NCBI GenBank assembly: GCA_036274475.1
Contig: DASUFO010000035.1
Location: 6,655 to 70,654 of the forward strand
DNA: 64,000 nt
Direction of reading: 5' to 3'
Origin: Candidatus Limnocylindrales bacterium
GTDB lineage: Bacteria > Chloroflexota > Limnocylindria > Limnocylindrales > CSP1-4
Part shown: positions 53,849-62,557 of the stretch, one piece after another
How positions within the stretch are numbered: position 1 is the stretch's first letter
Layout: each line of letters begins with the position of its first letter
Program-made: the position numbers and the translations under genes
Notes under the pieces: model-generated
What the model was told of the DNA's origin: nothing
Database searches by the model: none
Seen by the model: the letters and a program-made list of their open reading frames with translations, nothing else

Positions 53849-54532
53849 TCACGTGTCGGCGGCGGAAGCGAGGTACCTGACGAACCAGTGCCGGGCCAGG
53901 GCCGCGACCTGCTCGAGCGTCCCGGGCTCCTCGAAGAGATGGCTGGCGCCAGGGACGACGACCAGGCGCTTCCTGCCCGGTAGACGCGTGAGCGCCTGGC
54001 GGTTCAGCTCGAGGACGAGTGGGTCGTCACCGCCGACGATGAGCAGCGTGGGCGCGAGCACCCGCGAGAGGGCATCGCCTGCGAGGTCCGGCCGGCCGCC
54101 GCGCGAGACGATCGCGCCAACGTCGGCCGGCCTGGCGGCAGCGGCGACGAGGGCTGCGCCCGCCCCGGTGCTGGCGCCGAAATACCCGAGCGCGAGGCTG
54201 GCGGTAGAAGGGTCTCGGCGAAGCCAGTCGCTCACGGACACCAGTCGGCGCGCCAGCAGCGGGATGTCGAACCGGAGGTGCGCCGTTCGGTTGTCCACGG
54301 TCTCCTCGGCCTCGGTCAGCAGATCGACGAGCAGCGTGGCGAGCTGCGCCTCCTGCAGGACACGGGCGACGAAACGATTGCGCGGGCTGTGCCGGCTGCT
54401 GCCGCTGCCGTGGGCGAAGAGGACGACCCCGATCGCCTGGGCGGGGACGGACAGGTCGCCCGCGAGTCGGACGCCATCGACCGGGACGACCACGTCGAGT
54501 TCCTCGCCGGTGGCGGGACTGATGGGCCTCAT
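53849..54532 (-). CDS. Dienelactone hydrolase-family alpha/beta hydrolase.
   Basis: ATG at 54532 inside the over-extended track ORF. Sequence: VVLFAHGSGSSRHSPRN...LGYFGASTGAGAAL (nucleophile elbow)...LLIVGGDD...VPGASHLFEE. Confidence 0.8.
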   Translation of the reverse strand: MRPISPATGEELDVVVPVDGVRLAGDLSVPAQAIGVVLFAHGSGSSRHSPRNRFVARVLQEAQLATLLVDLLTEAEETVDNRTAHLRFDIPLLARRLVSVSDWLRRDPSTASLALGYFGASTGAGAALVAAAARPADVGAIVSRGGRPDLAGDALSRVLAPTLLIVGGDDPLVLELNRQALTRLPGRKRLVVVPGASHLFEEPGTLEQVAALARHWFVRYLASAADT

Positions 54533-55314
54533 GTCGAGACGCCCTTGCCGGCCGGCGCGCCGGTGGCATCGACGCGCCTGGTGGCCGGGCGGGTGGCCGG
54601 GCGGGTGGCCGCCGCCAGCAGCCGCCGGACCTCCTCGTCGTCCACGGGCCGGAAGTCCTCGTACCAGATCCCGACGGCGTGAAACGGCGAGGGCGTCAGG
54701 AGACAGATCACCTCGTCCGCTTCGTGCCGCAACCGCGCGCACGTGTCCGCAGCGGCGACGGGCACGGCGACGATGACGCGCGCGGGCTGTTCCTGTTTCA
54801 CGGCCGCGGCTGCGGCCAGCATGGTCGACCCGGTGGCAAGGCCATCGTCGACCAGGATGATCGTGCGACCACGCAGCTCCGGGGGTGGCAGGTCACGATA
54901 CGCACGTTCGCGTCTCGCGAGTTCGGCGGCCTCTCGGGCGATGACCCGCTCGATCGTCGCCCGCGAGATGCTCAACTGCCGGACGATGTCCCGGTCCAGG
55001 GCCACCAGGCCGCCGGAGGCGATCGCGCCGAAGGCCAGCTCCTCGTGCCCGGGGACACCGAGCTTGCGGACGAGGAAGACGTCGAGTGCGACGCGAAGCG
55101 CCGAGGCCACCTCGAACCCGACGGGAACACCGCCGCGCGGCAGGGCGAGCACGATCACGTCCTCACGGCCGCTATAGCCGCGGAGTCGCGCCGCGAGTGC
55201 CCGACCGGCATCTCGCCGGTCACGGTACCGGAAGGTGCTCGACGTCAGGAGGCCAGGGTTCAGCGTCCAGCCGACACCGCGCCGGTGCTCCTCCGGACCG
55301 CTCCTAGCCGACAC
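54529..55314 (-). CDS. Phosphoribosyltransferase-family protein.
   Basis: Sequence: FRYRDRRDAGRALAARL...VLALPRGGVPVG...TIILVDDGLATGSTM (PRPP loop). ATGA overlap with the hydrolase gene. The N-terminus is uncertain. Confidence 0.8.
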   Translation of the reverse strand: MSARSGPEEHRRGVGWTLNPGLLTSSTFRYRDRRDAGRALAARLRGYSGREDVIVLALPRGGVPVGFEVASALRVALDVFLVRKLGVPGHEELAFGAIASGGLVALDRDIVRQLSISRATIERVIAREAAELARRERAYRDLPPPELRGRTIILVDDGLATGSTMLAAAAAVKQEQPARVIVAVPVAAADTCARLRHEADEVICLLTPSPFHAVGIWYEDFRPVDDEEVRRLLAAATRPATRPATRRVDATGAPAGKGVST

Positions 55315-55369
55315 GCGCTCTCGTCTGGTGGACCGTCGCGTCGAGGATGGGATCGCGGACGTGATCGTC

Positions 55370-55552
55370 TTAGTCAGTCCAACGCTGCGAACGAGTGGGC
55401 CGGGCCGCTACCTCACGGAGCTCGTCGCCAACGAGCACCTCTCGAGGTACGGCACGGAAGGCCTCGAGGAGGTTCTCATCGCGGATGCCCCGTCGCCGGA
55501 GCTGGCCCTCGATCATCGAATCGCGATCGAGCGCCCGTTCTGTCAGGACCAC
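55370..55552 (-). pseudogene. N-terminal remnant of protein-L-isoaspartate O-methyltransferase (pcm).
   Basis: 60-codon ORF: MVLTERALDRDSMIEGQLRRRGIRDENLLEAFRAVPREVLVGDELREVAA... This matches only the first ~50 residues of PIMT enzymes (...QL..RGI.D..vL.Am..VPRE.Fv). The SAM-binding fold is absent, and the ORF ends in unrelated sequence. Confidence 0.6.
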
Positions 55553-55590
55553 GGCGGCCTACGGTGCGATGCCGGCGCGCTCGACGGCGG

Positions 55591-55971
55591 TCATCGCCTG
55601 GCGTTCAACTCGTCGAGCATGCCATGCAGGTGCGCCGCCGCGGCCTCGATGTCGGGATGGTCGTACTGGCCGGCGCGGGACTCGGCGGCGAGGACCCCGC
55701 AGCGATGGACCTTCTCGAAGTCGCCGTACGGGAATTCGTAGCGCTCCTTCGTCTGCTCGGTCGCTTCCTCGTTGATCCCGAGGTACCAGCGGGCATAGGC
55801 CTTCCAGCCATGGTCCCGAATGAAGTCGTTCTCCTGCTGTGCCGATGGCTGGTGTTCGCTCCAGTCATCGCGTTCATCGATCACGGCCCTGCCCTCGGCG
55901 ATCAGCTTCCTGGCATGCTCGTAGGCCGTCTCATTGCGTCGCACGCGACGCTGGGTCTTCGCTTGCTGCAT
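55591..55971 (-). CDS. Hypothetical 126-aa protein (intact paralogue of pseudogene 52852-53254).
   Basis: Sequence: MQQAKTQRRVRRNETAYEHARKLIAEGRAVIDERDDWSEHQPSAQQENDFIRDHGWKAYARWYLGINEEATEQTKERYEFPYGDFEKVHRCGVLAAESRAGQYDHPDIEAAAAHLHGMLDE. Composition is balanced. No family name recalled. Confidence 0.65.
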   Translation of the reverse strand: MQQAKTQRRVRRNETAYEHARKLIAEGRAVIDERDDWSEHQPSAQQENDFIRDHGWKAYARWYLGINEEATEQTKERYEFPYGDFEKVHRCGVLAAESRAGQYDHPDIEAAAAHLHGMLDELNARR

Positions 55972-56213
55972 GACTCGCCTCCCTGGCGTGTCGTCGGGAT
56001 TCGGCAGCGTACGGAGGAGACGAGTCGTCGGGCAGTAGCACCGGATGCACTGCGGCCCCGCGTTCGTGGCGATGATTCATCGGGACATCGATACGCCGTT
56101 GTCACCTCTCAGGTGCCTTGCGCGGGGCAACCCGACCTTGGCGACGCACATGCTGAGTTGCGACGCTTGCGCCGCGGACTTGGCGACCCGCGCGAGAAGG
56201 CAGGACACGCCCG

Positions 56214-57488
56214 ATGCACCTGGGAGACCCGATCGAGACTGACCCCGTTCCGAACGATGATCGATACCGCCTCGTGACGATCCCGGCGACGGACGGGTTG
56301 TTTCGTCACACCGTCGATCGACATGTCCGCCTGGCCCGGCGGCGCGGCACCACGCTCCGGGCCGTTCGGCGGGCGCTTCGTCAACGGTATCCGGACGCCG
56401 AGATGAGTCGCCAGCGTCACTGCCGCGTCCAGGATCAAACAGTCGAGTTGTGGTTCGCCTATCGCGATGGCCGAGCCGAGCCCGTTGCCCCAGCGCACGG
56501 CTGGTGGGACGACCCTGGCCTGGCCCGCGTCGTGCTCAATGCGTCGGGTCGACTGACCAGACCGAATGCCGCCTTTCGGCACCTCCTTGACTTGCCGCCC
56601 GGCAGCGGGCCGATGACCTTGCGCGGCCTGCTCTCGCCGGAGCTACTCGAGGAGCTGTTGCGGGAGTGGAAGCGGCGACGGCCCGGCGAGGCGTGGTCCG
56701 GATCCCTGCCGTTGCGTCATCCGAGGGGCGGCCGGCGCCTCGACGTCGAGTTCCATATCCAGTCCGACACGGAGCAGCGGTTCAAGGTGACGATCCGCAG
56801 CCTTGCCGATCGCGACCGCGCCAACGACTGGTTGGCGCTCCGGCACTCGGCGCTCGGGTTGGTGCCGACCGCGCTCCTGAGCGACCTCTATGAGAGTGGC
56901 ACACGGCGGAAGCTCGGGTCCGGAGAGCGCTTGGCGAAGTCATTGACGGACGACGCGTGGGTCGTTCTGGTTACCGCCGGGATCGTGCGACTGTACGTAG
57001 CCATGGATGGCTCCGAGCCCACGCTGGCGTACGGCAATCGCGGCTCGCTGTTCGGGACCCACGCGTTCGTGCCGGACCAGGTACTGCTGGTGGGTCTGCA
57101 GGCGGTCACCCCGAGCGTGGTGCTGCAGCTCAGCACGCGACGAGTGGACGAGCTGGCGATGTCGAACCCGGGGTTCCTGCGGGCGATCTTCGGCGATGTG
57201 CAACTCCAGCTCCGTGGAGTCATCCGGTCCTTCGCCGAGCACGCCGCCGGAGACCTGCGGCAGCGACTCGCCCGCGAGATCGTGGTCCTCTCGGATCTCC
57301 ACCCGGACGACGGGCTCGTGCCCGTCACGGAGCAGCAGCTTGCCGACGGGATCGGGAGCATCCGGGAATCGGTCGGACGCAGCATCGGCGATTTGCGTCG
57401 TGATGGATCCATCGCGACGACCCGTCACGGTCTCTTGATCCTGGACATGGGACGGCTTCGCAGCACCGGGCAGGTGGCGCTGGAATAG
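56214..57488 (+). CDS. Crp/Fnr-family transcriptional regulator with a ~190-aa N-terminal extension.
   Basis: The C-terminal half has a cNMP-binding-like barrel (VVLVTAGIVRLYVAMDGSEPTLAYGNRGSLFG) and an HTH (VTEQQLADGIGSIRESVGRSIGDLRRDGSI). The N-terminal part is PAS-like at best. Confidence 0.7.
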   Translation: MHLGDPIETDPVPNDDRYRLVTIPATDGLFRHTVDRHVRLARRRGTTLRAVRRALRQRYPDAEMSRQRHCRVQDQTVELWFAYRDGRAEPVAPAHGWWDDPGLARVVLNASGRLTRPNAAFRHLLDLPPGSGPMTLRGLLSPELLEELLREWKRRRPGEAWSGSLPLRHPRGGRRLDVEFHIQSDTEQRFKVTIRSLADRDRANDWLALRHSALGLVPTALLSDLYESGTRRKLGSGERLAKSLTDDAWVVLVTAGIVRLYVAMDGSEPTLAYGNRGSLFGTHAFVPDQVLLVGLQAVTPSVVLQLSTRRVDELAMSNPGFLRAIFGDVQLQLRGVIRSFAEHAAGDLRQRLAREIVVLSDLHPDDGLVPVTEQQLADGIGSIRESVGRSIGDLRRDGSIATTRHGLLILDMGRLRSTGQVALE

Positions 57489-57504
57489 AGCTCCAATGGG
57501 GCGG

Positions 57505-57993
57505 TCAATCGTCCTCCTGGACGCGAAGCATCCACGCGGCTTTGTCGAGCTCGCCCACGAGGTCGATCAGGATCGTCTCGGCGACATGATCGATGCCGCG
57601 AATCTCCTTGATGCGAATCAGGTTCGCCTGCGAGACGTGATCGATTCGGGCGAGGACCTCTTTCACCGCCGTTGGCCCGGAAAGCCATCCCACCGGGAAC
57701 GGCTCGAAAGGCGACTCGGAGACCGCGGCCAGGGTCCCGTCCGGGCTCACCTGGAGCGCAGCCAGTCGCTCCGCGATCGCGTCCGCCTTCAGGCGGGCCA
57801 TGTCGGTGATCTCATCGAATTGCGCGTGAAGCGACCGGAAATTCGGGCCGACCACGTTCCAGTGCGCCTGCTTCGCATGAAGACCAAGGTCGATCAGCTC
57901 GACCAGCGAATGCTGGAGACGGAAGGCGACTCCGTTCTCAACCGCGGGACTGAACGTCTTCCGCTTGGTCGCTATCTCGACCATCCTCGTCAC
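57505..57993 (-). CDS. dps: Dps (DNA protection during starvation, ferritin-like).
   Basis: Sequence: LQHSLVELIDLGLHAKQAHWNVVGPNFRSLHAQFDEI...DAIAERL. Confidence 0.88.
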   Translation of the reverse strand: MTRMVEIATKRKTFSPAVENGVAFRLQHSLVELIDLGLHAKQAHWNVVGPNFRSLHAQFDEITDMARLKADAIAERLAALQVSPDGTLAAVSESPFEPFPVGWLSGPTAVKEVLARIDHVSQANLIRIKEIRGIDHVAETILIDLVGELDKAAWMLRVQEDD

Positions 57994-58039
57994 CTCTCTC
58001 TGACGCTACGTCGCATCGCCGGAGACCCGAACGCTCCGC

Positions 58040-58615
58040 CTAGGACAGGGGCGACGGATACGCCGCCGACGTGCCGGTGCCCCGGGCCCGTCCTCGCAAT
58101 CGGAATGCGATCACGAGGAGGAGTGCGCCGGACACGATGGCGAAGGCGCCGATCAGCCAGACGACGGCCAGCGCTCCGGCGCCCGGAAACAGGATGAGCA
58201 CCACCCCGAAGAAGATGGAGACCAGGCCATCGAGCGCGAGCAGCCACTCGCGCCGCAGCACGTCGCGGAGCTGATAGGCCGCCATCAGTTCGATCCCGCC
58301 GGAGACGATCGCCCATGCCGCGATCAGGAGCAGAAGGGCGTACGCCGTGATGCCCGGCAGCGCGAATGCGATGACACCGGCCGCGATGCCGGCTACGCCG
58401 TGGACGACCCGCCACCAGTCGGGTCCGCCGTCAGCCCCGCGACGCAAGCCACGGATGAGCGCCAGGACGCCGTCGACGATCGCGAAGGCGGCGAACAGGA
58501 AGACCAGTGCCAGCAGCGTGATCCCCGGCCAGGCCAGGGCCAGGACGCCGAACACAACGGCGGCCACGCCCTGAAGGGCGATGATCCACCAATCCCGGGA
58601 CATTCGATCCAGCAT
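58040..58615 (-). CDS. HdeD/DUF308-family membrane protein.
   Basis: Sequence: WWIIALQGVAAVVFGVLALAWPGITLLALVFLFAAFAIVDGVLALI, with repeated DUF308 units. GAGGAG RBS. Confidence 0.75.
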   Translation of the reverse strand: MLDRMSRDWWIIALQGVAAVVFGVLALAWPGITLLALVFLFAAFAIVDGVLALIRGLRRGADGGPDWWRVVHGVAGIAAGVIAFALPGITAYALLLLIAAWAIVSGGIELMAAYQLRDVLRREWLLALDGLVSIFFGVVLILFPGAGALAVVWLIGAFAIVSGALLLVIAFRLRGRARGTGTSAAYPSPLS

Positions 58616-58973
58616 GTCGCTCCTCGAGCTGTGTCTGGGGTCCGCAGGATGGATCAGCCGGTCCGTGGGGCGCAGTAACCGGCGATACGTGACTTGAAGG
58701 GCGGCGCCACGGCGTACGGCTGCGCGACCTGCGCGCTGCGCGCCCGCGCGTGCGAGTAGCGCCGGTTACTGCCGGACCCGCCGTCCGGCACGTACGGTCC
58801 ACTTGGAAGGAACGCACCGCCACGGCGCCAGCACCCGACGCCGGATATCGGCATAGGTGAGATGACCTGGGAGCGCCCCCAGCACCCGGCGCGACCAGGT
58901 CCCGACCTCAGCCCGGTCCGTCAGTCATCGCCTCTGCGCGCTGGAAGAAAGGAGGCATGTCCCGATCGACCTC

Positions 58974-59813
58974 TTGTGGCTGTTCATCATCATCACGACG
59001 CTCCAGCCCGTGGTCCGCCAGCGCCTGCTCGAGGCCCAGCGGATGTGGCTGTTCCGGAAGTTCGAGGAACAGCGCAAGAGCCGGACGATCGGTCTCATCC
59101 ACCGCCAGGAAACGATGAGCTTCCTCGGCTTCCCGATCGCCCGCTACATCGACATCGAGGATTCGGAGCGCGTGCTTCGGGCGATCCAGCTCACCGATCC
59201 GACCGTCCCGATCGACTTGATCCTCCACACGCCCGGCGGCCTCGTTTTGGCCGCAGATCAGATCGCCCATGCCCTGCGGCGTCACCGCGCCAGGATCACC
59301 GTGTTCGTGCCGCACTACGCGATGAGCGGCGGAACGCTCATCGCGCTCGCTGCCGACGAGATCGTCATGGCCGAGAACGCCGTGCTCGGTCCGCTCGATC
59401 CGCAGCTCGGCCAGTCGCCGGCCGCATCCATCCTGAAGGTCGTCGAGCGCAAACCGGTCGCACGGATCGACGACTCGACGCTCATTCAGGCGGACATGGC
59501 CGGAAAGGCGCTCCGGCAGGTCGAGGCGTCTGTCCGCAGCCTCCTCGCGGCGCGCATGACCGAGGACCGCGCGGCGGCCGTCGCCGAGCAACTCAGCTGT
59601 GGGACGTGGACGCACGACTACCCGATCTCGGTCAGCGAAGCGCGCGACCTGGGGCTGCCGATCAGCACCGACATGCCGGTCCTGATCTTCGACCTGATGC
59701 AGCTCTACCGGCAGACCAGTCAGCGCCGGCCGTCCGTCGAGTTCATCCCGCAGCCCTACGGACCGGAGCCGCGTGACGGCGGGAAGCCGGCGGGCGGGGG
59801 ACGAGACCGATGA
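58974..59813 (+). CDS. ClpP-fold serine protease of the SDH (serine dehydrogenase proteinase / SppA-like) family.
   Basis: TTG start per the track (AAAGGAGG lies 18 nt upstream, so the exact start is uncertain). Sequence: WLFIIITTLQPVVRQRLL...IDLILHTPGGLVLAADQIA...VPHYAMSGGTLIALAADEIVM. ATGA overlap with grpE. Confidence 0.75.
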   Translation: MWLFIIITTLQPVVRQRLLEAQRMWLFRKFEEQRKSRTIGLIHRQETMSFLGFPIARYIDIEDSERVLRAIQLTDPTVPIDLILHTPGGLVLAADQIAHALRRHRARITVFVPHYAMSGGTLIALAADEIVMAENAVLGPLDPQLGQSPAASILKVVERKPVARIDDSTLIQADMAGKALRQVEASVRSLLAARMTEDRAAAVAEQLSCGTWTHDYPISVSEARDLGLPISTDMPVLIFDLMQLYRQTSQRRPSVEFIPQPYGPEPRDGGKPAGGGRDR

Positions 59814-60403
59814 CCGATCCGGCTCAGAAGGAACGGCCGCAGACCGACGGGGCGGCCGGACCGTCGACCGACGAGCTGCTCGACCTGCTGCGTCGGGAGC
59901 GAGCCGACTTCCGCAACTATCAGCGGCGCGTCGCCGAACAGCGGGCGGCCGACGCGGAAGGCGCCCGTGGCCGCGTTCTCGAACCGCTCTTCCCGCTGCT
60001 CGACGACCTGCGGCGCGCATTCGCCGAGGTCCCGCCCGACCTCGCGGACGACCCGTGGGCCCAGGGCATCGCGATGCTCCGCTCGCAGCTCGACACGACG
60101 CTCGCCGGGCTGGGGCTCGAGCCAGTCGGGACGGTTGGTGAGCCGTTCGACCCGACGCGCCACGAGGCCGTCCACCACGAACCGGACCCGACGGCAGACG
60201 GCCAGGTCGTTGACCTCGTGATCCGCCCGGGCTATCGCCTCGGCGGGCGGCTGCTGCGACCCGCCGAGGTCGTCGTCCGGGGCCCCCTCGTCGAGGGTGG
60301 CCGCGGATCGGCCTCGGAATCGACAGGCCCGTCGGACGACGCCCGGCGTCCAGAACCGACCCGACATGGACGTTCCGACGACGTCCCCAACGCTGGAGGC
60401 TGA
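59810..60403 (+). CDS. grpE: Nucleotide exchange factor GrpE.
   Basis: Sequence: LLRRERADFRNYQRRV...LLDDLRRA...GEPFDPTRHEAV...VIRPGYRLGGRLLRPAEVVV. Confidence 0.9.
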   Translation: MTDPAQKERPQTDGAAGPSTDELLDLLRRERADFRNYQRRVAEQRAADAEGARGRVLEPLFPLLDDLRRAFAEVPPDLADDPWAQGIAMLRSQLDTTLAGLGLEPVGTVGEPFDPTRHEAVHHEPDPTADGQVVDLVIRPGYRLGGRLLRPAEVVVRGPLVEGGRGSASESTGPSDDARRPEPTRHGRSDDVPNAGG

Positions 60404-60406
60404 ATC

Positions 60407-62311
60407 ATGGCAAAGGTCATCGGAATCGACCTCGGAACGACCAACTCCGCGATGGCGGTCCTCGAAGCGGGCCAGCCGACGATTCTCGAGAACGCCGAGG
60501 GCAGCCGCATCACGCCGTCCGTGGTCGCGATCGACCCGAAGACAGGCCAGCGCCTGGTCGGGACGCTCGCCCGGCGGCAGGCGGTCACGAACCCCGAGAA
60601 CACGATCTTCTCGATCAAACGCTTCATGGGCCGCAAGTTCGACGATCCGATCGTGCAGGAGGCGATCAAGCGCGTCCCCTACAAGGTGGCCAGGGCGGCC
60701 AACGGGGACGTCCGCGTCGTCATGGGCGGCAAGGAGTATTCGCCGCCCGAGATCTCGGCGATGATCCTCCAGAAGCTGCGCGAGGACGCCGAGGCCAAGC
60801 TTGGCGACAAGGTCAAGCAGGCCGTCATCACCGTGCCGGCCTACTTCAACGATGCCCAGCGCCAGGCGACCAAGGATGCCGGCCAGATCGCCGGGCTCGA
60901 GGTCCTCCGCATCGTCAACGAGCCGACGGCGGCGTCGCTCGCGTATGGCCTCGACAAGGTCGGGCGGGACGAGGAGATCGCCGTCTACGACCTGGGCGGC
61001 GGCACGTTCGACATCTCCGTGCTGCGCGTCGGCGAAGGGGTCATCGAGGTGCTCGCGACCAACGGCGACACCTTCCTCGGCGGCGACGACTTCGACCGCG
61101 CGATCATGGATTGGCTGATCGCCGAGTTCAAGAAGGACCAGGCCGTCGATCTGAGCGCTGACCGTGTCGCGCTTCAACGCGTCCGCGAAGCAGCCGAGAA
61201 GGCGAAGATCGAACTCTCGTCGACCCAGTCGACCGAGATCAACCTGCCGTTCATCAGCGCGAACGCCTCGGGCCCCATCCACCTCCAGATCACGCTCACC
61301 CGGTCCAAGCTCGAGCAGCTGACCGAGGGGCTCATCCAGCGCACTCGTGACCCGGTCGAGAAGGCACTCGCCGATGCGAAGGTCACGGCGTCCGATATCG
61401 ATGAGGTGGTGCTCGTCGGCGGCCAGACGCGCATGCCGGCGGTCCAGGAGCTGGTGAAGAAGCTGTTCGCCGGGAAGGAGCCGCACAAGGGCGTCAACCC
61501 CGACGAGGTGGTCGCCGCCGGGGCGGCAGTCCAGGCCGGCGTCCTGCAGGGCGACGTCAAGGACGTGCTCCTGCTCGACGTGACGCCGCTGTCCCTCGGC
61601 GTGGAGACGAAGGGCGGCGTCATGACCGTCCTGATCCCGCGCAACACGACGATCCCGACGCGCAAGAGCGAGATCTTCTCGACCGCGGAGGACAACCAGA
61701 GCCAGGTCGAGATCCACGTCCTCCAGGGCGAGCGGCCGGTGGCCTCGGAGAACAAGAGCCTCGGTCGGTTCATCCTCGACGGCATTCCCCCGGCCCCGCG
61801 CGGGACACCGCAGATCGAGGTCACATTCGACATCGACGCCAACGGGATCCTCCACGTCTCCGCCAGGGAGACCGCGAGCGGCAAAGAGCAGAAGGTCGTC
61901 ATCGAGCCGGCGAGCGGCCTATCGCAGGCCGAGATCGACCGGATGGTCAAGGAAGCCGAGCAGCATGCGTCCGAAGATGCCCGGCGGCGCGAGGAGGTCG
62001 AACTCAAGAACCGGGCCGACAACCTGGCCTACGCGGCCGAAAAGCTCCTTCGTGAGAACGGGGATCGGCTGCCGAGCGAGCTGAAGCTCGAGCTCGACGA
62101 CGGGGCGCAGGCCGTGCGCCGGGCGCTGGATCAGAACGACGTTGCGGAGCTCCGGTCCAGGGTCCCGGCGCTGGAGACCGCGATGCAACGAGCTGAATCG
62201 GCCGCGACCCGTGAGCCAGTCGGCGCGGCAGCCGGGGGCGGCCGTGGCGACGGTGGCGGCGGCGAGGAGCCACCGCCCGGAACGGTCGAAGGCGAGTTCC
62301 GGGAGATGTGA
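60407..62311 (+). CDS. dnaK: Hsp70 chaperone DnaK.
   Basis: Sequence: [14 protein letters not shown]...[10 protein letters not shown]...[10 protein letters not shown]...[13 protein letters not shown]. 634 aa. Confidence 0.97.
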   Translation: MAKVIGIDLGTTNSAMAVLEAGQPTILENAEGSRITPSVVAIDPKTGQRLVGTLARRQAVTNPENTIFSIKRFMGRKFDDPIVQEAIKRVPYKVARAANGDVRVVMGGKEYSPPEISAMILQKLREDAEAKLGDKVKQAVITVPAYFNDAQRQATKDAGQIAGLEVLRIVNEPTAASLAYGLDKVGRDEEIAVYDLGGGTFDISVLRVGEGVIEVLATNGDTFLGGDDFDRAIMDWLIAEFKKDQAVDLSADRVALQRVREAAEKAKIELSSTQSTEINLPFISANASGPIHLQITLTRSKLEQLTEGLIQRTRDPVEKALADAKVTASDIDEVVLVGGQTRMPAVQELVKKLFAGKEPHKGVNPDEVVAAGAAVQAGVLQGDVKDVLLLDVTPLSLGVETKGGVMTVLIPRNTTIPTRKSEIFSTAEDNQSQVEIHVLQGERPVASENKSLGRFILDGIPPAPRGTPQIEVTFDIDANGILHVSARETASGKEQKVVIEPASGLSQAEIDRMVKEAEQHASEDARRREEVELKNRADNLAYAAEKLLRENGDRLPSELKLELDDGAQAVRRALDQNDVAELRSRVPALETAMQRAESAATREPVGAAAGGGRGDGGGGEEPPPGTVEGEFREM

Positions 62312-62469
62312 TTGATCGCGGCGCTCCCCAGGCGGCGGCGGACATCCAGCCGAATGCCAGCAGGAGGATCCCCTGACTGAGAGACAAGCGCAGGACCGAG
62401 GCGGCATTCGTCCGGGTCGAGAGCCGGATCATGGTGCCGCCATCGCCCTGGTGATGCCGCCTTCACCAC

Positions 62470-62519
62470 GGGCCGCGAGACAGCCCCCCGGGTGCTCGGT
62501 GCGGCATGTCTCGCGGCCC
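62470..62519 (+). promoter_or_regulatory. Strong stem-loop between dnaK and the downstream gene (attenuator/terminator or processing site).
   Basis: Perfect 13-bp stem GGGCCGCGAGACA / TGTCTCGCGGCCC, paired base by base. The 24-nt loop can add 3 more G-C pairs. It lies 159 nt after the dnaK stop and 38 nt before the ATG at 62558. Confidence 0.55.
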
Positions 62520-62557
62520 ACTCACCGAGCGGCCCGGCGGTCAGCGGGCACCCCGCG

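Noticed and set aside
59756-61855. A 699-aa reverse-strand ORF antisense to grpE and dnaK. Similar antisense ORFs lie at 43589..45229 (dnaG), 15062..16891, 3448..4677, 45782..46741 and 7555..8691.
   Set aside because: All lie opposite unambiguous conserved genes and have an Arg-rich, low-information composition.
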